A DNA stretch of 64,000 nucleotides, taken from assembly GCA_039190745.1 (NCBI GenBank), contig JBCCXZ010000005.1, forward strand, positions 1 to 64,000, given 5' to 3'. Both the position numbers and the translations under genes were made by a program. Of this stretch, positions 29,809 through 38,779 are shown one piece after another (the first letter of the stretch is position 1; the number at the start of each line of letters is the position of its first letter). The notes under the pieces were generated by a model, which saw nothing but the letters and a program-made list of their open reading frames with translations, was not told the origin of the DNA and did not search any database. The stretch comes from Planctomycetota bacterium. GTDB taxonomy: Bacteria > Planctomycetota > Planctomycetia > Pirellulales > Lacipirellulaceae.

Positions 29809-30666
29809 ATGAGCCGACAGGTTTACATCAACGGCAACCTCGTGCCGCAAGAGCAGGCAGTCGTCAGCGTGTTCGACCACGGGCTGCTCTACGGCGACGG
29901 CGTCTTTGAGGGTCTGCGGAGCTACGGCGGAAAGGTGTTCCGGCTGAAGGAGCACGTCCGCCGGCTGTACGAATCGGGCTGGGCCATCCGCCTCGAGATC
30001 CCGATGGACGAGCAGGCGATGGGCAGCGCGATCGAGAACACGGTCGCTGCGAACAACATCGAAGACGGCTACATCCGCGCGATCGTCACCCGCGGCGCCG
30101 GCGGGCTCGGGCTCGACCCCAACAAGTGCACCGACCCGCAGATCATCATCATCGCCGACACGATCGAGCTCTACCCTGAGGAACTCTACCAAAAAGGCCT
30201 GCACATCATCACAGCGAGCACGATCCGCAACCACCCCGCGGCGATCAACTCGCGGATCAAGTCGCTCAACTACCTGAACAACATCCTCGCCAAGATCGAG
30301 GGACTGCAGGCGGGCTGCATTGAGGCCCTCATGCTCAACCACAAGGGCGAGGTCGCCGAGTGCACGGGCGACAACATCTTCCTCGTCCGCGACGGCGTGC
30401 TGATGACCCCGCCCTTGGACGCGGGCATCCTCGCCGGCATCACCCGCGACGCGGTGATCGAGATCGCCGAACAGACCGGCATCGAGGTCTCGCAGGCCCC
30501 GCTCACCCGGCACGACGTGTACGTCGCCCAAGAGTGCTTCCTCACGGGCACCGCCGCAGAAGTCATCCCCGTAGTGAAGGTCGACGAACGCCCCATCGGC
30601 GACGGCAAGCCGGGCAAGATGACGCTCGACCTTCGAGAGAAGTTCTATAAGCTTGCCCGCTCGTAA
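29809..30666 (+). CDS. ilvE: Branched-chain amino acid aminotransferase (PLP class IV)
   Basis: DHGLLYGDGVFEG, KSLNYLNNILAK, ECTGDNIF, GILAGITR, FLTGTAAEVIPV. Confidence 0.95.
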   Translation: MSRQVYINGNLVPQEQAVVSVFDHGLLYGDGVFEGLRSYGGKVFRLKEHVRRLYESGWAIRLEIPMDEQAMGSAIENTVAANNIEDGYIRAIVTRGAGGLGLDPNKCTDPQIIIIADTIELYPEELYQKGLHIITASTIRNHPAAINSRIKSLNYLNNILAKIEGLQAGCIEALMLNHKGEVAECTGDNIFLVRDGVLMTPPLDAGILAGITRDAVIEIAEQTGIEVSQAPLTRHDVYVAQECFLTGTAAEVIPVVKVDERPIGDGKPGKMTLDLREKFYKLARS

Positions 30667-30697
30667 CCGGCGGCCGGTCCACAAGCCGGGCTCGCGG

Positions 30698-31489
30698 CTA
30701 CTCCGACTGCCCGCGAACCACGTCGGCCTGCTTCAGGTCGGCCAGGTACGACTGGTTGTCGACCTTGTCGAAGGTCGCCAAGTGCTGGCGGGCTTCTTCC
30801 AGAAGCGTCCGGTCGGGCCGCGAGAGCCGCCAGGAGAGCTGGTGCACCGCCCGAACCGCTTGCGCCTCAGATTGTACCTTCCGGCGGATCTCTACCGGCA
30901 GCACGCCGCGTTCTTCCATGGCCGCGTTGAGAGCCAGCCGTGGCCCGGGCGGCAGAGTGCTATAGAGCATCGTGTTCAGCCGGCTGTACCAGTCGGCGAA
31001 CTCCCGGTAGCGGGCCAGCGCGGTCGGGCCCTCCGCGTCGATCGTCGCCACGCGGTACTCCCACAGCTCGCTCTTCAGCGTGAGCACCCGGGTCTTCTTG
31101 TCGAACGACTCTTCAAACTCAGGGTTGCACGCGAACTGCAGGAGCGGGTCGCTCTGCTCCTCGCTCCAGGCGTTGAGCTTGGTGATCAAGCCGTCGATCT
31201 TGTCGGTGGTAACCTCGGTCCGCTTGCCGGCCTCGGGGTTGAGCAGGATGAACCGCCCGGGCCGCTCGCCCACCGGGCGGCGGAAGACGGAGACCGTCTC
31301 CGGCTTGTCGGCGAAGTGGTAGACCGTGCCCGATTGGAAGAGCGTCACCGTGTGCGCCAGCGCCTTGGCCGAGTCGCCGAGGAAGACCTCGGTTTCGATT
31401 CGGAGCTCCTGGGCGCCCGCCGCGGGCACGCCGTTCATGCAAGAACAAAGAAACGCAAGAACCAAGCAGAACTGAGAGAGACGGGGCAT
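30698..31489 (-). CDS. Exported hypothetical protein
   Basis: SD-like GAAGG before ATG 31489; signal peptide ending AGA|QE; host-like codon usage. Confidence 0.75.
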   Translation of the reverse strand: MPRLSQFCLVLAFLCSCMNGVPAAGAQELRIETEVFLGDSAKALAHTVTLFQSGTVYHFADKPETVSVFRRPVGERPGRFILLNPEAGKRTEVTTDKIDGLITKLNAWSEEQSDPLLQFACNPEFEESFDKKTRVLTLKSELWEYRVATIDAEGPTALARYREFADWYSRLNTMLYSTLPPGPRLALNAAMEERGVLPVEIRRKVQSEAQAVRAVHQLSWRLSRPDRTLLEEARQHLATFDKVDNQSYLADLKQADVVRGQSE

Positions 31490-31661
31490 CGTGCCTTCCT
31501 TCGTGTCGCGGCGCCGTGACCATCGCCGCAGGGCGCAATGCTTGCGCTCCGTCGGCTGGCAGAGAATAGGCCCCCCCACTGGAGGCGTAAACCTCGTTCG
31601 CACCGTCAGCGGTGCTAGCACCAGCGCCTGCGGCTACTCGTGCCGCCAATCGTCCCCGCGG

Positions 31662-33401
31662 CTATTCACGCCGCCAATCATCCAGGTGCAGCTCCACCGA
31701 GCTACGCCCCCGGAAGTGGTTGATCACCGGCCGGAAGGCGATCGAGAGCGGCCCGTCCGCCCGCACCAAGTCTTCCTCCCACTCGGCGGCGCCAAACGCC
31801 ACGGCCCGCATCTGCACGCCGTGCTGGTCGACGGTCATCGAGAGGTGCCGGCCGTTGGAGCCCATCTTGCGAGGCGGGCCCACCAGCTTGACTTCCGACG
31901 TGCAAAGCAGCGGACGCGAGTTGCCCTGCCCGAATGGCGCGAGGCTCTCGATCTGCTCGACCGTCTGCCGGGTGAGCATCGCGAGCGACGCCTCGGCGTC
32001 GACATCGAGCTCGGCCTGCAGGTCTTGGCCGTTCATCCGCGTCGCGGCCACCCCGAAGAAATGCTTGCGGAAGGCGTCGAGGTTGCGGCGGTGGATCCGC
32101 AGCCCAGCTGCGGCGGCGTGGCCCCCGTGGCTCTCAAGGTGATCGCCGCACTCGGCCAGCGCCGCGTGCAGGTCGAACCCGGGCACGCTGCGCGCCGAGC
32201 CGATGCCCGGCTTGGCGCCCAGCGGGTCGTCGGCGATCAAAATCGTCGGCCGATGGAACCGCTCCGCCAGCCTGCCAGCGACAATGCCGATCACCCCCGC
32301 GTGCCACTCGTGGTCGCACAGCACCAGGGCGGGGTCTTCGGTCGGCTCGAACAGTTCCTGGGCCTGCTTCACGGCGCCGCGGTAGATGCTCCGCTCCACC
32401 GACTGCCGCTGACCGTTCAGCTCGTCGACGTACCTGCTGAGCTGCTCGGCCCGCTCGGCGCTATCGGTGGTGAGCAGCTCGACGCCGATCTCCGCTTGGC
32501 CCAACCGGCCGGCCGCGTTCAGCCGCGGGCCGATCGTGAACCCCAGGTCTTCGCCGCCCAAGGCTCGCTTCTTGTCGAGGCCGGTGAGCTTCATCAAGGC
32601 GCTGACGCCCGCCGTTGGGTCGCTCCTCAAGGCTTCCAGACCGTACCGGACAAGGATGCGGTTCTCGTCGACCAGCGGCACGACGTCGGCCACCGTGCCG
32701 ATCGCCGCCAAGCCAACCGCCTGCAGCAGGAACGCCCGCATCGACTCACCCACGCGACGCTCACCGGCGGCTTCTTGACACAACGCCCACGCCAGCTTGA
32801 ACGCCACCGCTGCGCCGCACAGGCCGTGGAACGGGTAGTCCGTGCCGGGGAGCGCCGGGTGGACCAGCACCGCCGCCGGCGGCAGTGTGGGAGCGAATTG
32901 GTGGTGATCGGTCACTACCAGCCGCAGCCCCAACTCGGCCGCGACCTCCGCTTCGGCCACGCTCGCGATGCCGCAGTCGACCGTCACTACCACCGACGCG
33001 CCCCGTTCGGCCAGAGCCCGCAGTGCGTCGGCGTTTAAGCCGTAGCCTTCGTCAAGACGGTGCGGCACGTAGAAATCCACGTCCGCCCCAAGCAGCTTGA
33101 GGCACCGCAGCAAGATCGCCGTGGCGGTCATGCCGTCGGCGTCGTAATCGCCGTAGACCGTAATCCGCTCGCCGTTGCGGATCGCTTGGTGCAGAAGCCG
33201 GGCCGCCTCGGAAACTCCGGGCAGCTCCCCGGGGTCACGCAGCCCCGTGAGCTTGGGGGAAAGAAAGGTACGGGCCAACTCGGGGTCGGCCACGCCGCGG
33301 GCCAAGAGAAGCTGAGCCACGATCGCCGGCACCCCGGCGTCCCGACCCAACCTGCTCGCGGCGGCCGGGTCGCAGCGCGATATTCGCCACTTCTTGGGCA
33401 T
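31662..33401 (-). CDS. recJ: Single-stranded DNA exonuclease RecJ
   Basis: YGDYDADG, TVDCG, TDHH, GTVADVVPL, PRLNAAGRL, GGHAAAAG. Confidence 0.97.
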   Translation of the reverse strand: MPKKWRISRCDPAAASRLGRDAGVPAIVAQLLLARGVADPELARTFLSPKLTGLRDPGELPGVSEAARLLHQAIRNGERITVYGDYDADGMTATAILLRCLKLLGADVDFYVPHRLDEGYGLNADALRALAERGASVVVTVDCGIASVAEAEVAAELGLRLVVTDHHQFAPTLPPAAVLVHPALPGTDYPFHGLCGAAVAFKLAWALCQEAAGERRVGESMRAFLLQAVGLAAIGTVADVVPLVDENRILVRYGLEALRSDPTAGVSALMKLTGLDKKRALGGEDLGFTIGPRLNAAGRLGQAEIGVELLTTDSAERAEQLSRYVDELNGQRQSVERSIYRGAVKQAQELFEPTEDPALVLCDHEWHAGVIGIVAGRLAERFHRPTILIADDPLGAKPGIGSARSVPGFDLHAALAECGDHLESHGGHAAAAGLRIHRRNLDAFRKHFFGVAATRMNGQDLQAELDVDAEASLAMLTRQTVEQIESLAPFGQGNSRPLLCTSEVKLVGPPRKMGSNGRHLSMTVDQHGVQMRAVAFGAAEWEEDLVRADGPLSIAFRPVINHFRGRSSVELHLDDWRRE

Positions 33402-33413
33402 CCCGTCCCCGAA

Positions 33414-33505
33414 GTTGTGAGTCGTTGGCTGTGAGCCGTGAGCCGTGAGCCAAAGCTAAGCACGCTGAACTTTGTAGCTGACTCCTGGCCCCTGGCCCCT
33501 GACCT
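33414..33505. repeat. Two blocks of heptamer tandem repeats
   Basis: GTTGTGA GTCGTTG GCTGTGA GCCGTGA GCCGTGA (33414-33448) and CTGACTC CTGGCCC CTGGCCC CTGACCT (33478-33505). Confidence 0.8.
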
Positions 33506-33512
33506 CCGCCTG

Positions 33513-33689
33513 CTACTTCTTCTTCTCAGCGTGCATCGTGTGCTTGCGGAGCCGCGGGCAGTACTTCTTCATCTTTAGCTTCTCACCGCCCAGCTTCCGC
33601 CGCACGGTGTAGTTGTAGTCGCCCGTTTCCTCGCAGACGAGGAACACGGTCTCAACCTTCTTCTTGCGCTTGCCGCCCTTCTTCGCCAT
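33513..33689 (-). CDS. rpmG: 50S ribosomal protein L33 (missed by the ORF track)
   Basis: [58 protein letters not shown] matches the L33 pattern NY.T...KL..KKYCP..RKHT.H.E. Confidence 0.93.
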   Translation of the reverse strand: MAKKGGKRKKKVETVFLVCEETGDYNYTVRRKLGGEKLKMKKYCPRLRKHTMHAEKKK

Positions 33690-33921
33690 GATTCGATTCC
33701 TGTCTTGGATGCACCGGCCAACAGGCCGGGAAATGAACCAGTGTCCCGAGGCACATCCGGAGTGCTCTCTAGGGGCCGGTCCCGCCGCTGTTCGGGGAAA
33801 CCCGGATTGTAGGGCGTCCCCGCAGCCAATTCCAGGGGCCGAACCGGGGGAGGCCTACAGCACCGGAGCGCTATAATGTGGCCAGCGGGCCTGGAACCGT
33901 GGAGGACACACTCCGCATCAG

Positions 33922-35694
33922 ATGGGAAGGGCCGTTTTGTGGGAGAGCCTGCTGAGGCCTCCCGCAGATGGCTCACAAGATAAGTCGCCGGCAAAAAACT
34001 TGAAAACACCCCAGGCCGACCACCCGCCGCTCCCCACGCCCGCCCCGCCGCGGATTCCGCCGCTGCCCGCAACGCGGTCGGATAATTCGGCGGAAGAGGA
34101 CCCAACCGGACACGGTCTGCTCTGGGCGTTGCTCTTCTCAAGCGAAACGGCCGCCTGGTTCACCAGCGCCGCCGCTCACGCAGCGATTGCCGTTGTCCTC
34201 TCGCTGCTCGTCCTCTCCAGACCGGGCTACGGCCCCTCCGAGCTGCTATTCGGCTCCGCGGCCCCAGCCGACGAGGAACTGCTCGACCTAGAACTCGGCC
34301 CACCGCTGGACGGCGCTCAAGAGAGCGCAGCCGAAGCGGAAGTTCTCACCGCCGCTCCGGCGGAACTCACGGTCGACGCATCCGTAGCAGTGCAGTCGCC
34401 GGTGAACCCCTTCTCGCCCGCGGTCACCGTGGCAGTGCCGCCGCAGTCGATCGGCAACGGCGAACTGGGCGACGCGGCGTTCGCCTCGGCCAGCAGCGGC
34501 TTCGAGGGCCGCAGCGCCGACAACCGCCGTGCATTGGCGCTCGCCGGCGGGGGCACCGACGAAACCGAAGCCGCGGTCGAGGAAGGCCTCGCCTGGCTCG
34601 CCGCGCACCAATACCCCGACGGCAGCTGGCGGTTCGACCTCGAGCCCTGCCCTTCCTGCCAAGGCCAGTGCCGCAACAGCGGCGTCGCCCGCACCGACTG
34701 CGCCTCGACGGGCCTCGCGCTGCTCTGCTTCCTCGGCGCCGGCTACACGCACCAAGACGGCCCCTACCAAGAGACGGTCCAAGGCGGCCTCTACTTCCTC
34801 ACGCAGCAGATGCGGCTCACCCGCCGCGGCGGCGACCTCCGCGGACGCAGCGGCGAGCCGCTCTTCAAGGGACGCGACTTCGTCGAGAAAGACGGCCTCA
34901 TCTCAATCCTCCGCGGCGGCGTCGAAATCGTCTCCCCCGCCGGCGACATGTACACGCAAGGCATCGCCACGCTCGCGCTCTGCGAGGCCTACGGCATGAC
35001 CCAAGACCCGGAACTTGCCGGCCCGGCCCGCAGCGCCGCCGAGTTCATCATCAACGCCCAGTACCCCAGCGGCGGCTGGCGCTACAAACCCAAATGGGAG
35101 CTGCTCCGCGAGGGCGTGCCCGAGAAAGACCAGTTCCTCCAGGGCGACACCACCATCACCGGCTGGCAGGTAACGGCGCTCAAGAGCGCGTTGCTCGCCG
35201 GCATCGACGTCCCCCGTTCGCTCTGGTACCGAGTGGCCGACTTCCTCGACACGGTGCAGTCCGACGGCGGCTCGGTCTATGGCTACACCAAGCCGGACAA
35301 GAACAAACGCAAGAAACGCACCACCACCGCCATCGGCCTGTTCTGCCGGATGATGCTCGGCTGGCCGATCGAGCACCGCCCGCTGCAGAAGGGCCTCGGC
35401 CGGCTGGCGGACGAGACGCCCGGCGGCAACCACATGTACTACAACTACTACGCCAGCCAGGTGCTGCACCACGCCGGCGGCCGCGGGTGGGAGCGTTGGA
35501 ACCAACGCAACCGCACGTACCTCGTCCGCAGCCAAGGCCGCCGAGGGCACGAACGCGGCAGCTGGTTCTTCGACGAAGAGTGGACCGACTACGGCGGCCG
35601 GCTCTACAGCACCACCATGGCGATCCTCACCCTCGAGGTCTACTACCGCTACCTGCCAATGTACGGCGACGCGTTCATCGGCGAGGCGCCGTAG
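33922..35694 (+). CDS. Membrane-anchored prenyltransferase/squalene-cyclase-repeat (alpha/alpha barrel) protein
   Basis: TM near the N-terminus; GLAWLAAHQYPDGSW, TGLALLCFLGAG, MYTQGIATLALCEAYGMT, YYNYYASQ, GGRLYSTTMAILTLEVYYRYLP. Confidence 0.85.
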   Translation: MGRAVLWESLLRPPADGSQDKSPAKNLKTPQADHPPLPTPAPPRIPPLPATRSDNSAEEDPTGHGLLWALLFSSETAAWFTSAAAHAAIAVVLSLLVLSRPGYGPSELLFGSAAPADEELLDLELGPPLDGAQESAAEAEVLTAAPAELTVDASVAVQSPVNPFSPAVTVAVPPQSIGNGELGDAAFASASSGFEGRSADNRRALALAGGGTDETEAAVEEGLAWLAAHQYPDGSWRFDLEPCPSCQGQCRNSGVARTDCASTGLALLCFLGAGYTHQDGPYQETVQGGLYFLTQQMRLTRRGGDLRGRSGEPLFKGRDFVEKDGLISILRGGVEIVSPAGDMYTQGIATLALCEAYGMTQDPELAGPARSAAEFIINAQYPSGGWRYKPKWELLREGVPEKDQFLQGDTTITGWQVTALKSALLAGIDVPRSLWYRVADFLDTVQSDGGSVYGYTKPDKNKRKKRTTTAIGLFCRMMLGWPIEHRPLQKGLGRLADETPGGNHMYYNYYASQVLHHAGGRGWERWNQRNRTYLVRSQGRRGHERGSWFFDEEWTDYGGRLYSTTMAILTLEVYYRYLPMYGDAFIGEAP

Positions 35695-35736
35695 GAGAGA
35701 AGTGGGAGTGGGAGCGGGGAGTTGGGGGAACTCTTT

Positions 35737-36005
35737 GTGGGAGGCCTCTCCGAGGCCGATTACACTTTGCAACCGTCCCTAGCCGCCGACCTACGCGTCG
35801 GCGGCCCGCCCCACGGGTGGCACGGACTGTCGGCCGCGGTAGACTCTGCCAGCAAGAGAAATCTGTTCGGCCGATTGTCCGTGTGCGCAGCACAGAAGGC
35901 AAACCCGCCGAATCCTCGGTAACACGGGCATCTTGCCAGTGCCACCCGTCGCAGTGTGAATCCAACCCGACTCACCCCTGCTGGGCAAGCCAGCAGTGCC
36001 ACCCG
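35737..36005. repeat. Cluster of REP/MITE-like palindromic elements
   Basis: GTGG+GGCCTC/GAGGCC hairpin; GCCGCCGAC/GTCGGCGGC hairpin; CGGGTGGCAC (35814-35823) inverted to GTGCCACCCG (35939-35948 and 35996-36005); CTGCTGG/CCAGCAG hairpin. Confidence 0.75.
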
Positions 36006-36008
36006 CTC

Positions 36009-36737
36009 ATGCCGCTGCACCCACTAGCCCGAGACTCGCCCATCCCGATCATCCCCGTGATCGACCTGATGGGCGGCAAAGTCGTCCGCGCCATCCGCGG
36101 CGACCGGGCGAACTACCGCCCCTGGCACTCGCACGTCTGCCCCACCGCCGACCCGCTCGAAGCCGCCGCCAACCTCACGGCGATGACCGGCCAGCGCCGC
36201 CTCTACGTCGCCGACCTCGACGCCATCGCCGGCGACCGCACGACGAACGCCGAGATCGTCCACAGGCTCGCCGCCAAGTACGACCTGCTGCTCGACCCCG
36301 GCATCCGCACCGCGGCCGACGCAGCGTCGCTGCCCGAGTTGGGAAATGGCCAACTCGTCGTCGGCTCCGAGACGCTCGCGGATTGGGAGACGCTCGCCAT
36401 GCTGGCGGAGGATCGCCCGAATGGGGTGGCGTTCAGTTTTGACCTGCGCGGTGGGCGGCTGATGGGGAGCGCTCGTGAGGCAATATCGCCTGGCGAGGCA
36501 GCTTCACGCGTTTCCGACAGCGGCGTGTTAGATGTGATCGCATTGGAGCTGGAGCAAGTCGGTACTGCGTCAGGACCCAACAGCCTTATTGAGTCCGTGA
36601 CTGGCGTGCGTGACGCTTTGCCGCGAGTGGAGCTTATGGCCGGTGGCGGCATCAAGATCCTTGGTGACATCAGGAAGCTCGCGGAGCTCGGCTGCAGTGC
36701 ATCGCTGATCGCTACTGCGTTGCATGACCTACGCTAA
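36009..36737 (+). CDS. HisA/HisF-related TIM-barrel protein (type associated with H4MPT/methanofuran C1 gene sets)
   Basis: IIPVIDLMGGKVVRAIRGDRANYRP, LYVADLDAI, VVGSETL, FSFDL, VGTASGP, AGGGI, LIATALH. Confidence 0.85.
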   Translation: MPLHPLARDSPIPIIPVIDLMGGKVVRAIRGDRANYRPWHSHVCPTADPLEAAANLTAMTGQRRLYVADLDAIAGDRTTNAEIVHRLAAKYDLLLDPGIRTAADAASLPELGNGQLVVGSETLADWETLAMLAEDRPNGVAFSFDLRGGRLMGSAREAISPGEAASRVSDSGVLDVIALELEQVGTASGPNSLIESVTGVRDALPRVELMAGGGIKILGDIRKLAELGCSASLIATALHDLR

Positions 36738-36863
36738 GACCACCCCAGGACGCACCGATTTTTGCTATGCTTCGGTCGCACACGACATAACACTTCTTCG
36801 ACTCGACTATATACAAGGCACGGTTTCAGTGCGCGCAAGTGCGTTACTTCGGCACCGCGAAAG

Positions 36864-37670
36864 TCATGCCTTCTCCTTGCGGGAGCTTGTCCAGTACCCC
36901 CACAGTATGTCGGGAATCTGACTCTCAATCTGAAAAAACGCAGAATCATATCCCTCGAACGCTTCTTCATCCTCATCCGTGATCGCATCTAGCTGAGAAT
37001 CAAACACATTACAATCTGCCGATGGTTCGCCATCTGGAAACAGCGCGAACACAGGAGCAAATACGTCACGCAGGATAGACGACTCTATATCTTTGAGTGA
37101 AGTAAGCATATCGCAGGATTCCGGCCCAACATTCGAAAGGTAGCCGTAGAAACCATTGCACTGTATCTGCCACTTTGCTTGCATTACGACCCACACGTTT
37201 CTTGAACGGGTGTCCATTCCTTCAACGCTCGAGTCTGCGCGAGAGTAGAGATCGTTGAGGATTTCCAGTAACTCATCGAAGGTACTGGCGACACTTGGAT
37301 CGGGCTGTTCCGTTACAATGACAACGTGTTTGTACTCATCCGGCGGGTCACTGAGAATCACACATCTAGCATAGCTGTGCTTCTCCGACCTGAGAGTTAC
37401 GACGATTTCTTGCTCTGGGTTGTATGTACCTACTCTAGATGAAATCGCCACACTCGAGACGCCATCAAGGCCAAGCAGATGCGACACTTCGTGAGTAGTC
37501 AGGTAAGGAGTTTCACTCGGTTGTGGAATTGGCTTATCGACATCTATAAAGAAAGTACCTCGCCGCTTGTTGGTAAACCCAGTTCGCGCTTGGCTACAGT
37601 ACTCTGGCCACTCAGCGTAGATAGACGCTGAGGCTGAATCAATAAGATGTTCTAGTTCTTGTGAGCGCAT
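36864..37670 (-). CDS. Low-GC hypothetical protein with C-terminal DUF4375/DMP19-like acidic domain
   Basis: 268-aa ORF in a visibly A/T-richer stretch; QIQCNGFYGYLSN resembles the DUF4375 NGGFxQYFxN motif; very acidic C-terminus. Confidence 0.6.
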   Translation of the reverse strand: MRSQELEHLIDSASASIYAEWPEYCSQARTGFTNKRRGTFFIDVDKPIPQPSETPYLTTHEVSHLLGLDGVSSVAISSRVGTYNPEQEIVVTLRSEKHSYARCVILSDPPDEYKHVVIVTEQPDPSVASTFDELLEILNDLYSRADSSVEGMDTRSRNVWVVMQAKWQIQCNGFYGYLSNVGPESCDMLTSLKDIESSILRDVFAPVFALFPDGEPSADCNVFDSQLDAITDEDEEAFEGYDSAFFQIESQIPDILWGYWTSSRKEKA

Positions 37671-37957
37671 GGCTTTACCGCTTAACGATCAGACTGAGTG
37701 ATTTTGCTACAGGCGAATACCTGCAACAAACTACTTCCTCTGTGACCAAGCAAGGCCCAGAAACCCACTAAACCTGCGCGGCGTATTCTCGTATTCTTCT
37801 TGCAATCGCTATCGGTCTGCTTGTGTTCGTGAACAAGGGCGGCACGGCGTCTTGTCTGGCGCTGACTTCGCTGTCGAGAAAACCCGATAGGGAAGTCATC
37901 AGCGTGCGAACCACAGAACGAAACTTCAGGCCTAGACTGTCACCGTCGATTCCCCTG

Positions 37958-38743
37958 CTAAGGCCACTCCGGCTCCCGCCCTTCCAGGTGAGCCGCAATC
38001 CCCTCCCGCGCCGCTTCAGTCGTCCGCGCCGTCGCGCTCATTGCGGCGCCGGCCGAGATCTTAGTTGACAGCCCCTCCGCAACCACCTCGCTCAACAGCC
38101 GCTTCGTGAGCTGCACCGCCTCCGGCGCCCCGGCGGCGCAGGCTTCGCCCAGCTCGGTCGCGCGGGCCCAGACCTTGTCGTTGGGCACCACCTCGTGGAA
38201 CAGGTTCAGCCGCACCGCCGCGGCGGCGTCGAGCTCCTCGCCGGTCAGTAGAAGCTTGCCGGCCAACCCGCTGCCGATGCGGGCACACAGCAACGGCCCC
38301 GCCGCTCCGGCCACTAGCCCGCGTCGCACGTCCGGCAACGAGAACGTCGCGGTCTCGCCGGCGACGACGATGTCGCTCGCCGCCACCAGCCCCGCCCCCG
38401 ACGAAACCGCCGGGCCGTTCACCGCCGCGATGATCGGCTTGGTGATCTCCAGCATCCGCCCCAGCAGGTCGCGGTAAGCGGTCGCTTCCTCGCCCCACCC
38501 GCTAACCGCGTCGGGCTGGTCGCTGTTGCTCTGCACCTCGCCGAGGTCATCCCCCTCGCAGAAGGCGTCGCCGGCGCCGGTCAGCACGATCGCCCGCACC
38601 CGTTTCTCGTAGTAAAGGTCGTCCAGAATGTCCGCCAGCCCGCGGACCATGGAGCGTGTGAGGGCGTTGCCCGCGTCGGGCCGGTTGAGGATGACGGTCC
38701 CCGTCTGGCCGACGACCTTTACCAGAATCGCGTCGCTCTGCAT
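37958..38743 (-). CDS. Enoyl-CoA hydratase/isomerase (crotonase) family protein
   Basis: LNRPDAGNAL, VLTGAGDAFC.G.DL, KPIIAAVNGPA, LLLTGE, AREGIAAHLEGR.P.W. Confidence 0.92.
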   Translation of the reverse strand: MQSDAILVKVVGQTGTVILNRPDAGNALTRSMVRGLADILDDLYYEKRVRAIVLTGAGDAFCEGDDLGEVQSNSDQPDAVSGWGEEATAYRDLLGRMLEITKPIIAAVNGPAVSSGAGLVAASDIVVAGETATFSLPDVRRGLVAGAAGPLLCARIGSGLAGKLLLTGEELDAAAAVRLNLFHEVVPNDKVWARATELGEACAAGAPEAVQLTKRLLSEVVAEGLSTKISAGAAMSATARTTEAAREGIAAHLEGREPEWP

Positions 38744-38779
38744 GAACACGGCGTCTCCTCCGCCCAGTCGCTCTGTTGC

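Noticed and set aside
33922..35694. True squalene-hopene cyclase
   Set aside because: No DXDD catalytic motif; single barrel with a TM anchor, matching the common planctomycete prenyltransferase-repeat proteins.
34668..36737. 689-aa ORF suggesting a long N-terminal fusion to the HisA-like domain
   Set aside because: The upstream part is an Arg/Pro-rich off-frame read through the 33922-35694 gene and the repeat cluster; the real protein starts near 36009.
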